From an uncultured Clostridium sp. (lineage in GTDB: Bacteria > Bacillota > Clostridia > TANB77 > CAG-508): DNA of 64,000 bases. Where the stretch lies: the NCBI GenBank assembly GCA_947368535.1, contig CANBHY010000005.1, positions 65,117 to 129,116 on the forward strand, written 5' to 3'. Position 1 is the stretch's first letter; each line of letters opens with the position of its first letter. This document shows, piece by piece, positions 21,164 to 31,873 of the stretch. The notes beneath the pieces are model-generated. The model did not search any database. It was not told the origin of the DNA and worked only from the letters and a program-made list of their open reading frames with translations. A program made the translations under genes and the position numbers.

Positions 21164-22279
21164 TTATATAAATTCTTCAAATACCATATTGGCAAAGTCT
21201 AATCCTTTTTCTGTTAATTTAATATTATCTAAGTCAATTTCAATTAGTTCTTCTTCAACTAATTTACTTATTTCAAATCTAAAATAAAATAATGGATTAA
21301 TTTGAATTTTTCTTTCAAACTCTGAAATCGATACTCCTTCTATTTTTCTTAAGCCTAATATCATGTATTCCTTTGCCATTGTTTCTTTATCTTGTTCTTC
21401 TTCTATTGTTTTATTATTATAATTTTCAATATATTCATCTATTGTTTTAGAATTTGAATATCTTTTACTATTAAAATAACTATGGGCAGCTGCACCGAAT
21501 CCTAGATATTCTTTTTGGTTCCAACAGTCAGTATTATGTTTTGATTCATATCCAGGTAGTGCAAAATTAGAAATTTCATAATGTTTATATCCATTCTCTT
21601 CTAAAAGATTTTTCATTTTCCAGTACATCTTTCTTTCTTCGTCTTCTGAAGGTAATTCTAATTCTTTGCTTTCAACTAATTCTTTTAGTTTTGTATTTTC
21701 TTCTAATATTAACGAATAAGAAGAAATGTGCTCTGGTTTTAAGTTGATAATTTCACTTATTTGTAGTGCTGTTCCCCATTCATCTGAATTTGGAAGTGCA
21801 AATATAAAGTCTATGTTTATGTTGTTAAAGCCAACTTCTCTTGCTAAGTCATATGTTTCTAAAAATTCTTCATATGTATGTATTCTTCCTATTTGTTTTA
21901 ATGTTCTATTGTCTGTTGATTGAAGTCCTATGCTTAATCTATTTACTCCTGCTTTTTTATAGTCTTGCAGTTTTTCTTTTGTTACTGTTCCTGGATTTAC
22001 TTCTATTGTTATTTCTGCATTTTGTAATACTATAAACTTTTCTTTTATTTTTGCTATAATATCTAATATATGTCTGCTTTCTATATAAGATGGTGTCCCT
22101 CCTCCTATATAAATTGTTTTTATATTGAATCCTGTTAATTTGCAGTCATCTATTTCTTTTTTTACTGTTTCTATATATTTTTCAATTGTTTCTTCTTTTT
22201 TTGAAAATGATATGAAATCACAATAATAACATTTGCTTTTACAATATGGAATGTGAACATATATTCCTATTTCTTTCAT
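21164..22279 (-). CDS. hemW: Radical SAM heme chaperone HemW (HemN-like)
   Basis: YVHIPYC...CYYCDF, GGGTPS, YEISNF, HN..W. Confidence 0.93.
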   Translation of the reverse strand: MKEIGIYVHIPYCKSKCYYCDFISFSKKEETIEKYIETVKKEIDDCKLTGFNIKTIYIGGGTPSYIESRHILDIIAKIKEKFIVLQNAEITIEVNPGTVTKEKLQDYKKAGVNRLSIGLQSTDNRTLKQIGRIHTYEEFLETYDLAREVGFNNINIDFIFALPNSDEWGTALQISEIINLKPEHISSYSLILEENTKLKELVESKELELPSEDEERKMYWKMKNLLEENGYKHYEISNFALPGYESKHNTDCWNQKEYLGFGAAAHSYFNSKRYSNSKTIDEYIENYNNKTIEEEQDKETMAKEYMILGLRKIEGVSISEFERKIQINPLFYFRFEISKLVEEELIEIDLDNIKLTEKGLDFANMVFEEFI

Positions 22280-23122
22280 TTATTTTCCCCTTTTTAGTTC
22301 ATCTGCTATTTCAATTATTTTTTTCAATCTATGATTTACTCCTGATTTTCCTATTGGATTTTCTAGTTGTGTTCCTAAATCTTTTAGGCTCATCTCTGGA
22401 TATTCTATTCTTAATTCTGCTATTTCTATTAATGAATCAGGTAATTCATCATATTTTTTCATTTTTTTCAAAAAATTTATTGCATCAATTTGTACAACAG
22501 CTGCACCAACTGTTTTGTTAAGGTTTGCTGTTTCACAATTCACTTGTCTGTTTACTGTGTTTCGCATATCTTTCATTACACGTATGTCTTCAAATTTTAA
22601 TACAGCCTTTTGTGCTCCTATAAATGCTAGAAATTTAGATATTTCTTCTCCTTCTTTTATATAAATAGTATTGTTTTTTTCTAGTATTTTCGTTTTTACT
22701 CCTGATTCTTTTAATATATTTTGAATGTATTGTGCTATATCTTTATTGTTTAGTAATATTTCTAAGTGATACTTTTTGTTTGGATCATTTACAGAACCGC
22801 TACCTAAAAATATTCCTCTTACTAATGATTTTTTCTCTTCTTCTTTTTTTAGTTCTTCTACTTTTCTTAAAGTTATATTTTCTACTTTAGCTGTATACGT
22901 TTTTCCTTTTATTTCTGGTTCATACTCTATACCTAGCTTAAATAAAATTTTATATATTCGTTCTATATTAAATTCGTTCTCAGTAAAAAACTCTAATCTT
23001 TTTTTTTCTATTTTTGTGTTTGCTGATAATAGGTATCCTATTAATTCTGCTTCAATAAATTCTTTTTTAGAAAAGTTATTTATTTTACTTAATTCTTCTT
23101 TTACTTCTGATGAGAAAGACAT
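22280..23122 (-). CDS. whiA: DNA-binding protein WhiA
   Basis: MSFSSEVKEEL, GSVNDP..YHLE, NR.VNCETANL, KSGVNHRL. Confidence 0.95.
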   Translation of the reverse strand: MSFSSEVKEELSKINNFSKKEFIEAELIGYLLSANTKIEKKRLEFFTENEFNIERIYKILFKLGIEYEPEIKGKTYTAKVENITLRKVEELKKEEEKKSLVRGIFLGSGSVNDPNKKYHLEILLNNKDIAQYIQNILKESGVKTKILEKNNTIYIKEGEEISKFLAFIGAQKAVLKFEDIRVMKDMRNTVNRQVNCETANLNKTVGAAVVQIDAINFLKKMKKYDELPDSLIEIAELRIEYPEMSLKDLGTQLENPIGKSGVNHRLKKIIEIADELKRGK

Positions 23123-23124
23123 TG

Positions 23125-23949
23125 TTATTCCTTCTTTCCTATAATTACTCTATCTATTCCATTTAAATCTTGTACACATTTTATTTGTGTATATCCATTT
23201 TCTTCTAGTATTTCTAATACATCATTTTTTTGATTATATCCAATTTCAAATATGATGTACCCATTTTGATTTATTGTTTTTTTTGCATCTCTTGCTATTT
23301 TTTTATAAAACTCTAATCCATCTTTTCCCCCATATAAAGCTATGTATGGTTCTTTTTTTACTTGTTCTTCTAAATTTTGAATATCTTTTTCATTTATATA
23401 TGGTGGATTTGAAACAATTATATCAAAGTTGGTTTCCTGTATATTTTCAAATAAATTTGAATGTATAAAATTTACTCTGCCATTATGTATTTTATTATTT
23501 TCTTTTGCTATTTCTAAAGCTTTTTCACTTATGTCCGCTGCATAAACTTTAGAATTTTTTACTTCTTTTGATAAAGTTACGCCTATTATTCCACTTCCTG
23601 TACACATATCTAGTATTTTATCATTGTCTTTTGCCACTTTTAGAGTTTCTTGTATTAAAATTTCAGTATCATATCTTGGAATCAAAACATTTTCGTTTAC
23701 TTTAAATTTTCTTCCATAGAACTCTTGAATTCCTGTTATATGTTGAATGGGAATATTGTTTTTTAGTTTTTCTATGCCTATTTTATAATTTTTAGTTACG
23801 TTCTCTTTTAATTCTTCTTCATCATGTGTAATTAAATACTCTTTTTCTACGTTCATGCAATATGATAATAATAGTTTTATTTTTATTATTTTTTCTTCTA
23901 TATTATTTAATTCATTTATTCCATATTTAATTGCTTCTTTTACTTTCAT
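23125..23949 (-). CDS. prmC: Release factor glutamine methyltransferase
   Basis: VLIPR.DTE, DMCTGSG, SNPPY, EIGY.Q. Confidence 0.95.
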   Translation of the reverse strand: MKVKEAIKYGINELNNIEEKIIKIKLLLSYCMNVEKEYLITHDEEELKENVTKNYKIGIEKLKNNIPIQHITGIQEFYGRKFKVNENVLIPRYDTEILIQETLKVAKDNDKILDMCTGSGIIGVTLSKEVKNSKVYAADISEKALEIAKENNKIHNGRVNFIHSNLFENIQETNFDIIVSNPPYINEKDIQNLEEQVKKEPYIALYGGKDGLEFYKKIARDAKKTINQNGYIIFEIGYNQKNDVLEILEENGYTQIKCVQDLNGIDRVIIGKKE

Positions 23950-24057
23950 ATTGCCTCCAAGTGCTTTTTATTTTAGCATTTTTAGGAATTATTGTAAAGA
24001 AATTTATCACACTATAAAAATAATAATAGATATAATAATTGGGAAATTGACAAAAAA

Positions 24058-24250
24058 AATGCCCCACATCAGCCGTCATGAATAAGAATTTTTATGGACC
24101 TGTCCTAAAACAGGTGGGTGCTGTCCTAAATACTTATGGGTTTCTTACTTAAAAAGCAAGCATACACGCCATATTTAGAGATCATGCTCCCTTCTCCAAT
24201 ACTTGTAGGTTCTAAAAACTCTGTCAAAAACGCACCATGCAGGGAAACTT
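24058..24250 (-). ncRNA. ssrS: 6S RNA
   Basis: Minus strand CCTGCATGGTGCGT...GGGAGC...CACCCACCTG...CAGGT...GACGGC...GTGGGGCA; ends pair; about 190 nt GC-richer island with T-run end. Confidence 0.8.
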
Positions 24251-24484
24251 ATTAACTTATTGTATTTATATATTAGCATATTTTTTTATATGCTTCAAAC
24301 TGATTTTTTTGTTTTAACTCTATTCATTTAAAATCTAATTATATTTTTCTCTTTTTTTCTTATATTATTCTCTTTAATTTAATATATTTTGTTATTTGAT
24401 TTTTTCTTCTTTTTGTTGTATACTAATTGGTGTGAGTAAATAAAAAGAGACAAGTTTTAAATCTTGTCCCTTTTTTATTTTATA

Positions 24485-25111
24485 TTATAATATTTTTCTT
24501 TCTTTTAAATTTTCTATAATTTTTTTCATAGCTAAATCTCTATGATTATGTACTGATGCATATGTTTTTTCTGTCATTTGGCTCATTGGTTCATTAAATC
24601 CTTCTGGAATGAATATTGGTACATATGTTAGTCCTCCTAATCTTCCATGTTCTTTAGCTATACTTCCTTTTGATTCACCTCTTGCAACGATTTTTTCTCC
24701 TGTTTCTAAAATAATAGCAGTTAATACGCATACAAACTTTGCTGTTCTATCTTCCATATTTTCATATTGTTTCATTTTATCTAAAATTTTATTAATGCAA
24801 TCTATTTGAGGAGCATGATCTCCTGCGTATCTTGCTGAATATACTCCTGGTTCTCCATTTAATTTATCTATACATAATCCTGCATCATCTGTTATTACTA
24901 TTCCTTTTATATTATTTTGATTACAGTATTCTGCTATTGCTATTGCTTTAATCTCTGAATTTTCTTCAAATGTTGTTCCATCTTCAACTATGTCTTTATC
25001 AAACCCTATATCTTTTGATGTTACTATTTCTATATCTATATTATTTTCTTTTACTATCCTTTTCATTGATTCTATTTTTCCTTTGTTACTTGTTCCATAT
25101 ATTATTTTCAT
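24485..25111 (-). CDS. rdgB: Non-canonical purine NTP pyrophosphatase (RdgB/HAM1)
   Basis: TSN.GK, EDGTTFEEN, DDAGL, PGVYSARY, NHR. Confidence 0.9.
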   Translation of the reverse strand: MKIIYGTSNKGKIESMKRIVKENNIDIEIVTSKDIGFDKDIVEDGTTFEENSEIKAIAIAEYCNQNNIKGIVITDDAGLCIDKLNGEPGVYSARYAGDHAPQIDCINKILDKMKQYENMEDRTAKFVCVLTAIILETGEKIVARGESKGSIAKEHGRLGGLTYVPIFIPEGFNEPMSQMTEKTYASVHNHRDLAMKKIIENLKERKIL

Positions 25112-25123
25112 AATTATTCCTCC

Positions 25124-26017
25124 TTAAAATTTGGGTACATATTTTTCTTCTTCATCTTCTAAATCTTGAATATATCCGTTTTCAAGATTTAGTTCGTATA
25201 AATAATTTTCTATTTCTTTATATTCTTCTTTTGTTAATTTTCTATCAATTTCTTTATTTTCTAACGCTTTATATGTAGGAAAATACTGTGCCATTAGACT
25301 TATAGTTGTTTGACTACCTAATTTTTCTTTTATCCATTTTAGAACATCTTTTGAGTTTTGTACATTATTTGGTAATACTAAATGTCTTACTATAATTCCT
25401 TTTTGCATTATTCCATTTTCGTTATATACATTTTCTCCTACTTGTCTTTTCATTTCTAAAATTGCAGCTTCTGTTTGTTCTTTATAGTCTTTCACTTTAG
25501 ATAAGCGCATTGCTAAATCATTATCATAATATTTAAAATCTGGTAAGTATATATCAATGTATCCTTCAAGCATCTTTAGTGTTTCTATATTTTCATATCC
25601 ACTTGTATTATAAAGAATTGGGATATTCAATCCTTTTTCTTTTGCTATTTTAATCGCTTCTAATATATGCGGTATATATGGTACAGCTGTTACTAAATTT
25701 ATATTGTTTGCTCCATTATTTTGTTGTTCTATAAATATTTCTGATAATTTTTCTATTGATATTTCTTCACCTTTTGATTCACAACTTATTTTATAATTTT
25801 GGCAAAATTCACATTTTAAATTACAATCACTAAAAAATACTGTTCCTGATCCTTTTTCTCCACTTATACATGGCTCTTCATCATAATGCAATGAATATAA
25901 ACCTATTTTAATTTTATTTCCGGCTCGGCATCTACCTAATTCATTTTTATTTCTATTTACTTTGCATTTAAATGGACATAATGTGCATTCTTCTAGTTCT
26001 TTCATTTTAGTATACAT
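25124..26017 (-). CDS. PflX-like radical SAM protein
   Basis: CTLCP..C.VNR, EEPCISG..GSGTVFFS.CNLKC.FCQN, DIYLPDFKY, RHLVLP. Confidence 0.9.
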   Translation of the reverse strand: MYTKMKELEECTLCPFKCKVNRNKNELGRCRAGNKIKIGLYSLHYDEEPCISGEKGSGTVFFSDCNLKCEFCQNYKISCESKGEEISIEKLSEIFIEQQNNGANNINLVTAVPYIPHILEAIKIAKEKGLNIPILYNTSGYENIETLKMLEGYIDIYLPDFKYYDNDLAMRLSKVKDYKEQTEAAILEMKRQVGENVYNENGIMQKGIIVRHLVLPNNVQNSKDVLKWIKEKLGSQTTISLMAQYFPTYKALENKEIDRKLTKEEYKEIENYLYELNLENGYIQDLEDEEEKYVPKF

Positions 26018-26094
26018 CCTTTATTTATTATTCGTTAGCTATTAAATTTTATAATAAATTTACTTCTTAGTAAAGTCTTTTTAAAATAGAATTA

Positions 26095-26123
26095 CCCCCG
26101 GCTGAATTGGTAACAGCCGGGGG
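26095..26123 (-). terminator. Strong hairpin after orphan gene, TTACCAATT loop
   Basis: Minus strand CCCCCGGCTG-TTACCAATT-CAGCCGGGGG. Confidence 0.7.
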
Positions 26124-26140
26124 CGTAGCTTATTTCTGGA

Positions 26141-26416
26141 TCAGGTATACTGAGCATGGTGGCGGTATGCGTACCACAATCCATCCTGCTCATCCTTGAA
26201 GACTCCCTCGTGTCCGCAGGGGCAATACCAGCCGCTGCTTTCCGGGTGTTGCTGCTGAATCCTCTTCAGATGCCATTCTGCCTCCTCATGCGTCTTCTCT
26301 CCGCCCGGATTGATGAACACTTCTTCATAGTGTTTCATTTTACCGTTCAGGCTTATCGGCAATGGGGAGTCATACTCCATCCGTTTAATTCTGCTGCGTG
26401 TCATTTCGCTATCCAT
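26141..26416 (-). CDS. 91-aa orphan protein, GC-richer than flanks
   Basis: TTGAAA-17-TATAAT promoter, AAGGAGG RBS, downstream hairpin. Confidence 0.7.
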   Translation of the reverse strand: MDSEMTRSRIKRMEYDSPLPISLNGKMKHYEEVFINPGGEKTHEEAEWHLKRIQQQHPESSGWYCPCGHEGVFKDEQDGLWYAYRHHAQYT

Positions 26417-26612
26417 ATAGCTACCTCCTTATGTAGTGATATATATATTATAGCATATTAGCCGTATTTTTTCAATTTTCTTAAAATACGATAATTTTTT
26501 TTACCCTTACTTTATGCTGTATGGACATTTTATGACAAGTTTATTTGAATGTTGACACGCACTTTTTAATTTTAATCTCATATATTTTTATATAGATATC
26601 TGGAGGTCTACT

Positions 26613-27314
26613 ATGCTTGTATTATCTATTCCGTGTTTTTTTAATTTTCTTAATTCATCTATTTTTTTAGTTGGTTATATATCTAATAATGCCCTTTTTC
26701 CTGATCCTCTTTCTAGTGAAGAAGAAGAATTTCACTTAAAAGAATTCGAAAAAGGAAATATTGAGTCGAAAAATATTTTAATTGAAAGAAATTTAAGGTT
26801 GGTTGCTCATATTGCAAAAAAATATTCTTCTGCATCTGCCAGTCTTGACGACTTAATTTCTATTGGTACTATTGGACTTATTAAAGGAATTAATAGTTAT
26901 AATTTCAGCAAAGGTGTAAAGTTGTCTACATATATATCTCGTTGTATCGAAAATGAAATTCTTATGTTTTTTAGAAATTCTAAAAAATTGAATGCTGAGG
27001 TATATCTTAACGAGCCTATTGGAAAGGACAAAGATGATAATGTCATTACTCTTCAGGAAGTTCTAGAAAATAATGAACGTAGTATAGAAGAATCTATTGA
27101 CTTAAAGTTAAAACAAAGTAAGCTTTATAAAAAAATGGACTCACTTTTGCAACCTAGAGAAAAGGAAATACTTATTCTTAGATTTGGATTAAATAATTCT
27201 GCTCCTTTAACACAGAATCAAGTTGCAAAGATTTTTGGTATTTCTAGATCTTATGTTTCACGTATTGAGACTAAAGCTATTGCTAAACTTTCTAAAGAAT
27301 TTAAAGATGATTAA
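26613..27314 (+). CDS. sigK: Sporulation sigma factor (pro-)SigK
   Basis: Hydrophobic pro-sequence, FP.PLS, LIERNLRLVAHIAKKY, ENEILM, ISRSYVSRIE. Confidence 0.9.
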   Translation: MLVLSIPCFFNFLNSSIFLVGYISNNALFPDPLSSEEEEFHLKEFEKGNIESKNILIERNLRLVAHIAKKYSSASASLDDLISIGTIGLIKGINSYNFSKGVKLSTYISRCIENEILMFFRNSKKLNAEVYLNEPIGKDKDDNVITLQEVLENNERSIEESIDLKLKQSKLYKKMDSLLQPREKEILILRFGLNNSAPLTQNQVAKIFGISRSYVSRIETKAIAKLSKEFKDD

Positions 27315-27364
27315 AATTAAAACACAAATTAAACTTTTACTATAATTATTTAGTATATAATAAA

Positions 27365-27404
27365 AACAACAGCCCACCTATTTACACAGGTGGGCTGCTG
27401 TTTC
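27365..27404. terminator. Bidirectional terminator
   Basis: CAACAGCCCACCT/AGGTGGGCTGCTG hairpin. Confidence 0.75.
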
Positions 27405-27408
27405 GCTT

Positions 27409-27606
27409 TTAGCGTGTGCTGTGCGAACTAATACAGCACGCTTCGCCGTTGTTGCAAAAAGAGCTCTGTTCACAGCAGAAATATTCTTCGCATTTATGCT
27501 GTGCAACCATCTCTTTAGCAATTCTTTGGCTGCTTTTTTCGGATTGGGAAACTATCCCCTTGCTTGATGCACTGTCGACATCTTTCCGTATATTCTTTTG
27601 CATCAT
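27409..27606 (-). CDS. 65-aa peptide with six C-terminal cysteines
   Basis: TGATATAAT -10, AAGGAGG RBS, terminator; C-x4-CC-x5-C-x5-CC. Confidence 0.6.
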   Translation of the reverse strand: MMQKNIRKDVDSASSKGIVSQSEKSSQRIAKEMVAQHKCEEYFCCEQSSFCNNGEACCISSHSTR

Positions 27607-27693
27607 GCTACCTCCTTTGTTGCAAAAGCTTTTTTTATTATATCATATTTACTTTAAAAGGTCTAGTCTGTTGGTGTTTGTGCATTTTATATA

Positions 27694-29025
27694 TTATGCA
27701 TACTGGTATCTTTTTTTATTTCTAACTAAGAACATTATACTAATTATTAATGATAATACTTCTGCAAAAGTTACTGCAAGCCAAATTCCATCTATTCCTA
27801 AGATAATTGGAAGTATATATATCATTGCTATTTGGAATACTAGTGTTCTCATAAATGAAATTATCGCTGAAACAACACCATTATTTAGTGCTGTAAAAAA
27901 TGATGAACTATATATATTAAATCCGCTAATTATGTATGATATTGAAAATAATCTTATTGCTCTTGTAGTAATTTCTAGTAGTTCTATATCATAGCTGACA
28001 AATATTGATGCTAATACTTTTGATAATATTTCTGCTATTCCTGTCATTGTTATTGATGTTATTGTTATTAAAATTAAACTTTTCTTTAATAAATTTTTTA
28101 GTTCTTGAGTATTTTCTGCTCCATAATGATAAGATATAATTGGTGCTGTACCTATTGAATATCCTAGATACGTACCTGTAAATATAAATCCTACGTACAT
28201 TATTATTCCATATGCTATTACTCCGTCAGCTCCTGCATATTTCATAAGTTGTACATTAAATAGCATATTTACAAGTGACATTGATAAGTTTGTTAACATT
28301 TCTGATGATCCGTTTGTACATGCTTGCAATATTGCTTTCCATTCAAAGTTTGTTTTTGTTAGCTTTAATGGACTTTTATTTGGTTTTATAAAATATATTA
28401 GTGGAACAATTCCTCCCATTAATTGACTTATTCCTGTAGCTAGGGCTGCTCCAAATACTCCCATTTTAAAAACATATATAAATATAAAATCTAGAAACAT
28501 ATTTAATACACCAGTTATTATAGAGATGATTAATCCAAATGTTGGTCTTTCGGCTACTATTAAAAAACTCTGAAAACTATTTTGCAATACAAATGGAATT
28601 AAAAATATTAATATCGTTTTTCCATATGTTGTACATAGGTCTAGCATATGTCCATTTGCTCCTATTAGGCTTGCTACTGGCTTTACTAGTGGTATTCCTA
28701 TAATGGTTAATATTCCGCCTACAATAATTTGTAAGTATATAAGCATCGAAAAAAATCTATTTGCTTTTTCTTTATTTCCTTCTCCTATAGTTTTTGAAAC
28801 TAGTGCACTTCCACCTGTTCCAATCATAAATCCAAAAGTTCCTAAAATCATTAGTGCTGGCATAATTAAATTTACTGCTGCAAAAGCATCAGAACCGACA
28901 CAATTGGATACAAATATTCCGTCTACTATTCCATATATTGATGTAAATATCATCATTATTATTGTTGGAATTGTAAATTTTATTAATTTTCCATATGTAA
29001 AGTGCTCTGATAATTGTATTTTCAT
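27694..29025 (-). CDS. MATE family efflux transporter
   Basis: SIYGIVDGIFVSN, about 12 TM helices, GAALATG, G.DGIW. Confidence 0.93.
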   Translation of the reverse strand: MKIQLSEHFTYGKLIKFTIPTIIMMIFTSIYGIVDGIFVSNCVGSDAFAAVNLIMPALMILGTFGFMIGTGGSALVSKTIGEGNKEKANRFFSMLIYLQIIVGGILTIIGIPLVKPVASLIGANGHMLDLCTTYGKTILIFLIPFVLQNSFQSFLIVAERPTFGLIISIITGVLNMFLDFIFIYVFKMGVFGAALATGISQLMGGIVPLIYFIKPNKSPLKLTKTNFEWKAILQACTNGSSEMLTNLSMSLVNMLFNVQLMKYAGADGVIAYGIIMYVGFIFTGTYLGYSIGTAPIISYHYGAENTQELKNLLKKSLILITITSITMTGIAEILSKVLASIFVSYDIELLEITTRAIRLFSISYIISGFNIYSSSFFTALNNGVVSAIISFMRTLVFQIAMIYILPIILGIDGIWLAVTFAEVLSLIISIMFLVRNKKRYQYA

Positions 29026-29145
29026 TTCTTTCTCCTTCCCTAATTTTTCTGTTTTTGTATAATATATTATTATTATTTTTTTGTCTACATTTTTTTACAT
29101 AAAAAAGATAGTATGACTTTTCTTTCACACTATCTTCTTTATAAA

Positions 29146-29583
29146 TTATAGAAATTCTTTTAATGTTTCTATACTATCTTCTTGCATTTCTACAAAGTCA
29201 GTTAATATATTTTTTACATCCTCTTTTATTCTGGTATTGTTATTTAGTAAACGTCTCCCTTCTATAATTCCCATATTAGTTCCTTGCATTAGCAATTCTG
29301 ATAGTTTTGATGGTGTATCGTCTGTTATTGTTCTCATTTGTACTCCATACCATGTCATCATTTTATTCATTTGACTTGTTTCATGTGGTTTTTTTACAGT
29401 AGTATATTCAGAATATAAATTATTTACTCTTTCTGATATATGTTTATATTTTCCATATTCTACTTTTAATGTTTCTTCTAATTTGGCATCATGATTTTTT
29501 TCTTCAATAAATTTTATTGCGTCCATTCCCATTGTTGCTCCCTTGTTAACTTCGTCTAATACATTTAGATTATTATTTTCCAC
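29146..29583 (-). CDS. Conserved hypothetical ferritin-like, possibly sporulation-associated protein
   Basis: KGATMG..AI, SELLMQGTNMG, LKEFL pattern typical of clostridial hypotheticals. Confidence 0.7.
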   Translation of the reverse strand: MENNNLNVLDEVNKGATMGMDAIKFIEEKNHDAKLEETLKVEYGKYKHISERVNNLYSEYTTVKKPHETSQMNKMMTWYGVQMRTITDDTPSKLSELLMQGTNMGIIEGRRLLNNNTRIKEDVKNILTDFVEMQEDSIETLKEFL

Positions 29584-29630
29584 TAATTTTCACCTCTTTC
29601 TTTATATTAGTTTGGGAAAATAATACTTTT

Positions 29631-31241
29631 TTATGCAACTTTTTCTTTTCTAAGTTCTTTAGCATGATTTATTGAAATTTCATTTATTTCACCTGAGGCT
29701 ATTCTAGCAATTTCTTTTAAGGTTCCTTCTTCATCTAATTGTTCTATTTTTGTATTTGTTTTATTATCTTTAACTTCTTTTTGTATAAAATAGTTGTAAT
29801 CTCCTTTTGCAGCTATTGGTGCTAAGTGGGTTACACATATTACTTGATGTTTTTTTGATATTTCTTTCATTTTTATTCCAACTTTTTTTGCTGCTATTCC
29901 ACTAATTCCTGTATCTATTTCGTCAAATATTAATATTGGAACTTCATCTATATCAGCTAATACTTTTTTAATTCCTAACATTATTCTTGACATCTCTCCT
30001 CCTGATGCTATTTTTATTAATGGCTTTTCAATTTCACCAATGTTAGTTTGAATTAAAAACTCTATATTATCTTTTCCATTTGTATTGAATTCTTCTCTTT
30101 TTTCTATTTTTACTGAGAATTTTGCGTTTTTCATTTCTAAATCTTTAAGTTCTTCATTTATTTCTTCTGACATTTTTTTAGAAAAGTCTATTCGTAATTG
30201 ATGCATTTTATTTGATAGTTCTTCTAACTCTTCTTCTATTTTTTGTTTTTCTTTTTTTATTTTTTCAATGTATTCAGACATGTTTTCTATATCATTTAAT
30301 TGTTTTTTTACGTCTTCCATGTATTCTAATATTTCAGTTATATTATTTCCATATTTTCTTTTTAGACTTTGTATTAAATCCATTCTTGTTTCTATATTCA
30401 ATTTTTCTTCTTCGTCAAAATACACATTTTCTTTATAGTTATATAAGTCTCTTTCTGATTCTTCTAAATTATAATAGGCATTTTGGATTTGTTCTAATAT
30501 TTTCTCATAGTTTTTATCATAATCACTTATTTTTTCTATTGATCTTATTACTGTATTTAATTCTGTTAAAATTTCTTCTTCAATTTTATAATGAGACTCT
30601 TCTAAACTTTTTTGAATTTTTTCAAAGTTCATTAACTTTTTAATTTTTTCATCTAGCTCTTCTTCTTCACCTTCATATAAATTTGCTTCTTCAATTTCAT
30701 TTAATTGGTATTGTAATAAGTCTAACTTTCTTTGTTTTTCTTTATCGTCACCATAATTTTTTCTTAGTTCTTCTTTTATTTGTACATATCTATTATATTT
30801 TTCTTGATATTCTTTTTTTGTTTCAACTATATTTCTACCAATAAAATCATCTAAAAATTTTATATGGCTAGAAGATTCTAATATTGTTTGATTATCTTGC
30901 TGTCCATGAATATCTATTATCTTTTTCATAAAACTTTTTAATTCATTTACTGTTGTTAATCTTCCATTTATTTTGCATAGATTTCTTCCTGATATATTTA
31001 CTTCTCTTGATATTATGTATTCTTCATTATTTACATATACTAGCATTTCAATAAATGAGCTTTTCTCTCCATGGCGAATTATTTCTTTAGAAAATCTTCC
31101 TCCAGCTAATATCTGTAATGAATCTATTATTAGTGTTTTTCCTGCTCCTGTTTCACCTGTAAACACATTAAATCCTTCGTTTAAATTAATACTTATATCG
31201 TCTATAATTCCAACATTTTTTATATGTAATGTACCTATCAT
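29631..31241 (-). CDS. recN: DNA repair protein RecN
   Basis: TGETGAGKT, DIHGQ, ASGGEMSR, FDEIDTGISG, VTHL. Confidence 0.97.
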   Translation of the reverse strand: MIGTLHIKNVGIIDDISINLNEGFNVFTGETGAGKTLIIDSLQILAGGRFSKEIIRHGEKSSFIEMLVYVNNEEYIISREVNISGRNLCKINGRLTTVNELKSFMKKIIDIHGQQDNQTILESSSHIKFLDDFIGRNIVETKKEYQEKYNRYVQIKEELRKNYGDDKEKQRKLDLLQYQLNEIEEANLYEGEEEELDEKIKKLMNFEKIQKSLEESHYKIEEEILTELNTVIRSIEKISDYDKNYEKILEQIQNAYYNLEESERDLYNYKENVYFDEEEKLNIETRMDLIQSLKRKYGNNITEILEYMEDVKKQLNDIENMSEYIEKIKKEKQKIEEELEELSNKMHQLRIDFSKKMSEEINEELKDLEMKNAKFSVKIEKREEFNTNGKDNIEFLIQTNIGEIEKPLIKIASGGEMSRIMLGIKKVLADIDEVPILIFDEIDTGISGIAAKKVGIKMKEISKKHQVICVTHLAPIAAKGDYNYFIQKEVKDNKTNTKIEQLDEEGTLKEIARIASGEINEISINHAKELRKEKVA

Positions 31242-31253
31242 AATCTTTTCCTC

Positions 31254-31314
31254 CGTACGTTTGTTTGTATAAATATTATACTTCTATTTTATTTTTTGTC
31301 AATACATTTGTTCG
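31254..31314 (-). promoter_or_regulatory. recN sigma-A promoter flanked by degenerate LexA-like boxes
   Basis: Minus strand TTGACA-16-TATAAT; CGAACAAATGTAT and CAAACAAACGTAC resemble GAAC-N4-GTTC. Confidence 0.5.
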
Positions 31315-31393
31315 TAAAAATAAAATATTTTTTCTTTTCTTCTCTATTGACGAAAACCTACTATTTGTGGTATAAATAGTAAGTATTGATTAT

Positions 31394-31468
31394 GGCCCCT
31401 TGGTCAAGCGGCTAAGACGCCACCCTCTCAAGGTGGAATCATGGGTTCGATTCCCGTAGGGGTCACCA
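31394..31468 (+). tRNA. tRNA-Glu (anticodon CTC)
   Basis: Cloverleaf GGCCCCT...CCACC-CT-CTC-AA-GGTGG...GGTTCGATTCCC...AGGGGTCACCA. Confidence 0.97.
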
Positions 31469-31585
31469 AAATCATATAAAGCTTATAAATAAAAGGATTT
31501 GAGGTTTTACTCTCAAATCCTTTTATACTTTTTAGCATATGCAAAAACCACCCGCTTAAATTTCAGCTGGTGGTTTTGCTTTTGG

Positions 31586-31873
31586 CTATTCGTAATCGGA
31601 GCTTACTGCCTGAGTGGTTTTGATGTTTTCTCCTGTACGAAATCCATGTGCATACGCTTTTCTCATGCTTCCAGCAAGTTCCAAAAAGAAAACACTTTTC
31701 CCTGGTATTGCTTCCAGTCCATCTTCGTGTCCCTTAATGTACATCTGCTGTTCTTCGCTTCCTTCTAAGTAGAAGCTTGGATCAAATTCATCACATTGCA
31801 TTCTTTTTTCCAATTCTTCTGTGTGTACTTGGTCTCGCATTACGCGAAACCGCTCCATTTCAGGATGCAACAT
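31586..31873 (-). CDS. 95-aa orphan protein
   Basis: TGGACA-17-TATAAT promoter, AGGAG RBS, terminator hairpin at 31541-31580. Confidence 0.65.
   Translation of the reverse strand: MLHPEMERFRVMRDQVHTEELEKRMQCDEFDPSFYLEGSEEQQMYIKGHEDGLEAIPGKSVFFLELAGSMRKAYAHGFRTGENIKTTQAVSSDYE

Noticed and set aside
26613..27314. Possible skin element interrupting sigK
   Set aside because: sigK is continuous and no recombinase gene is adjacent
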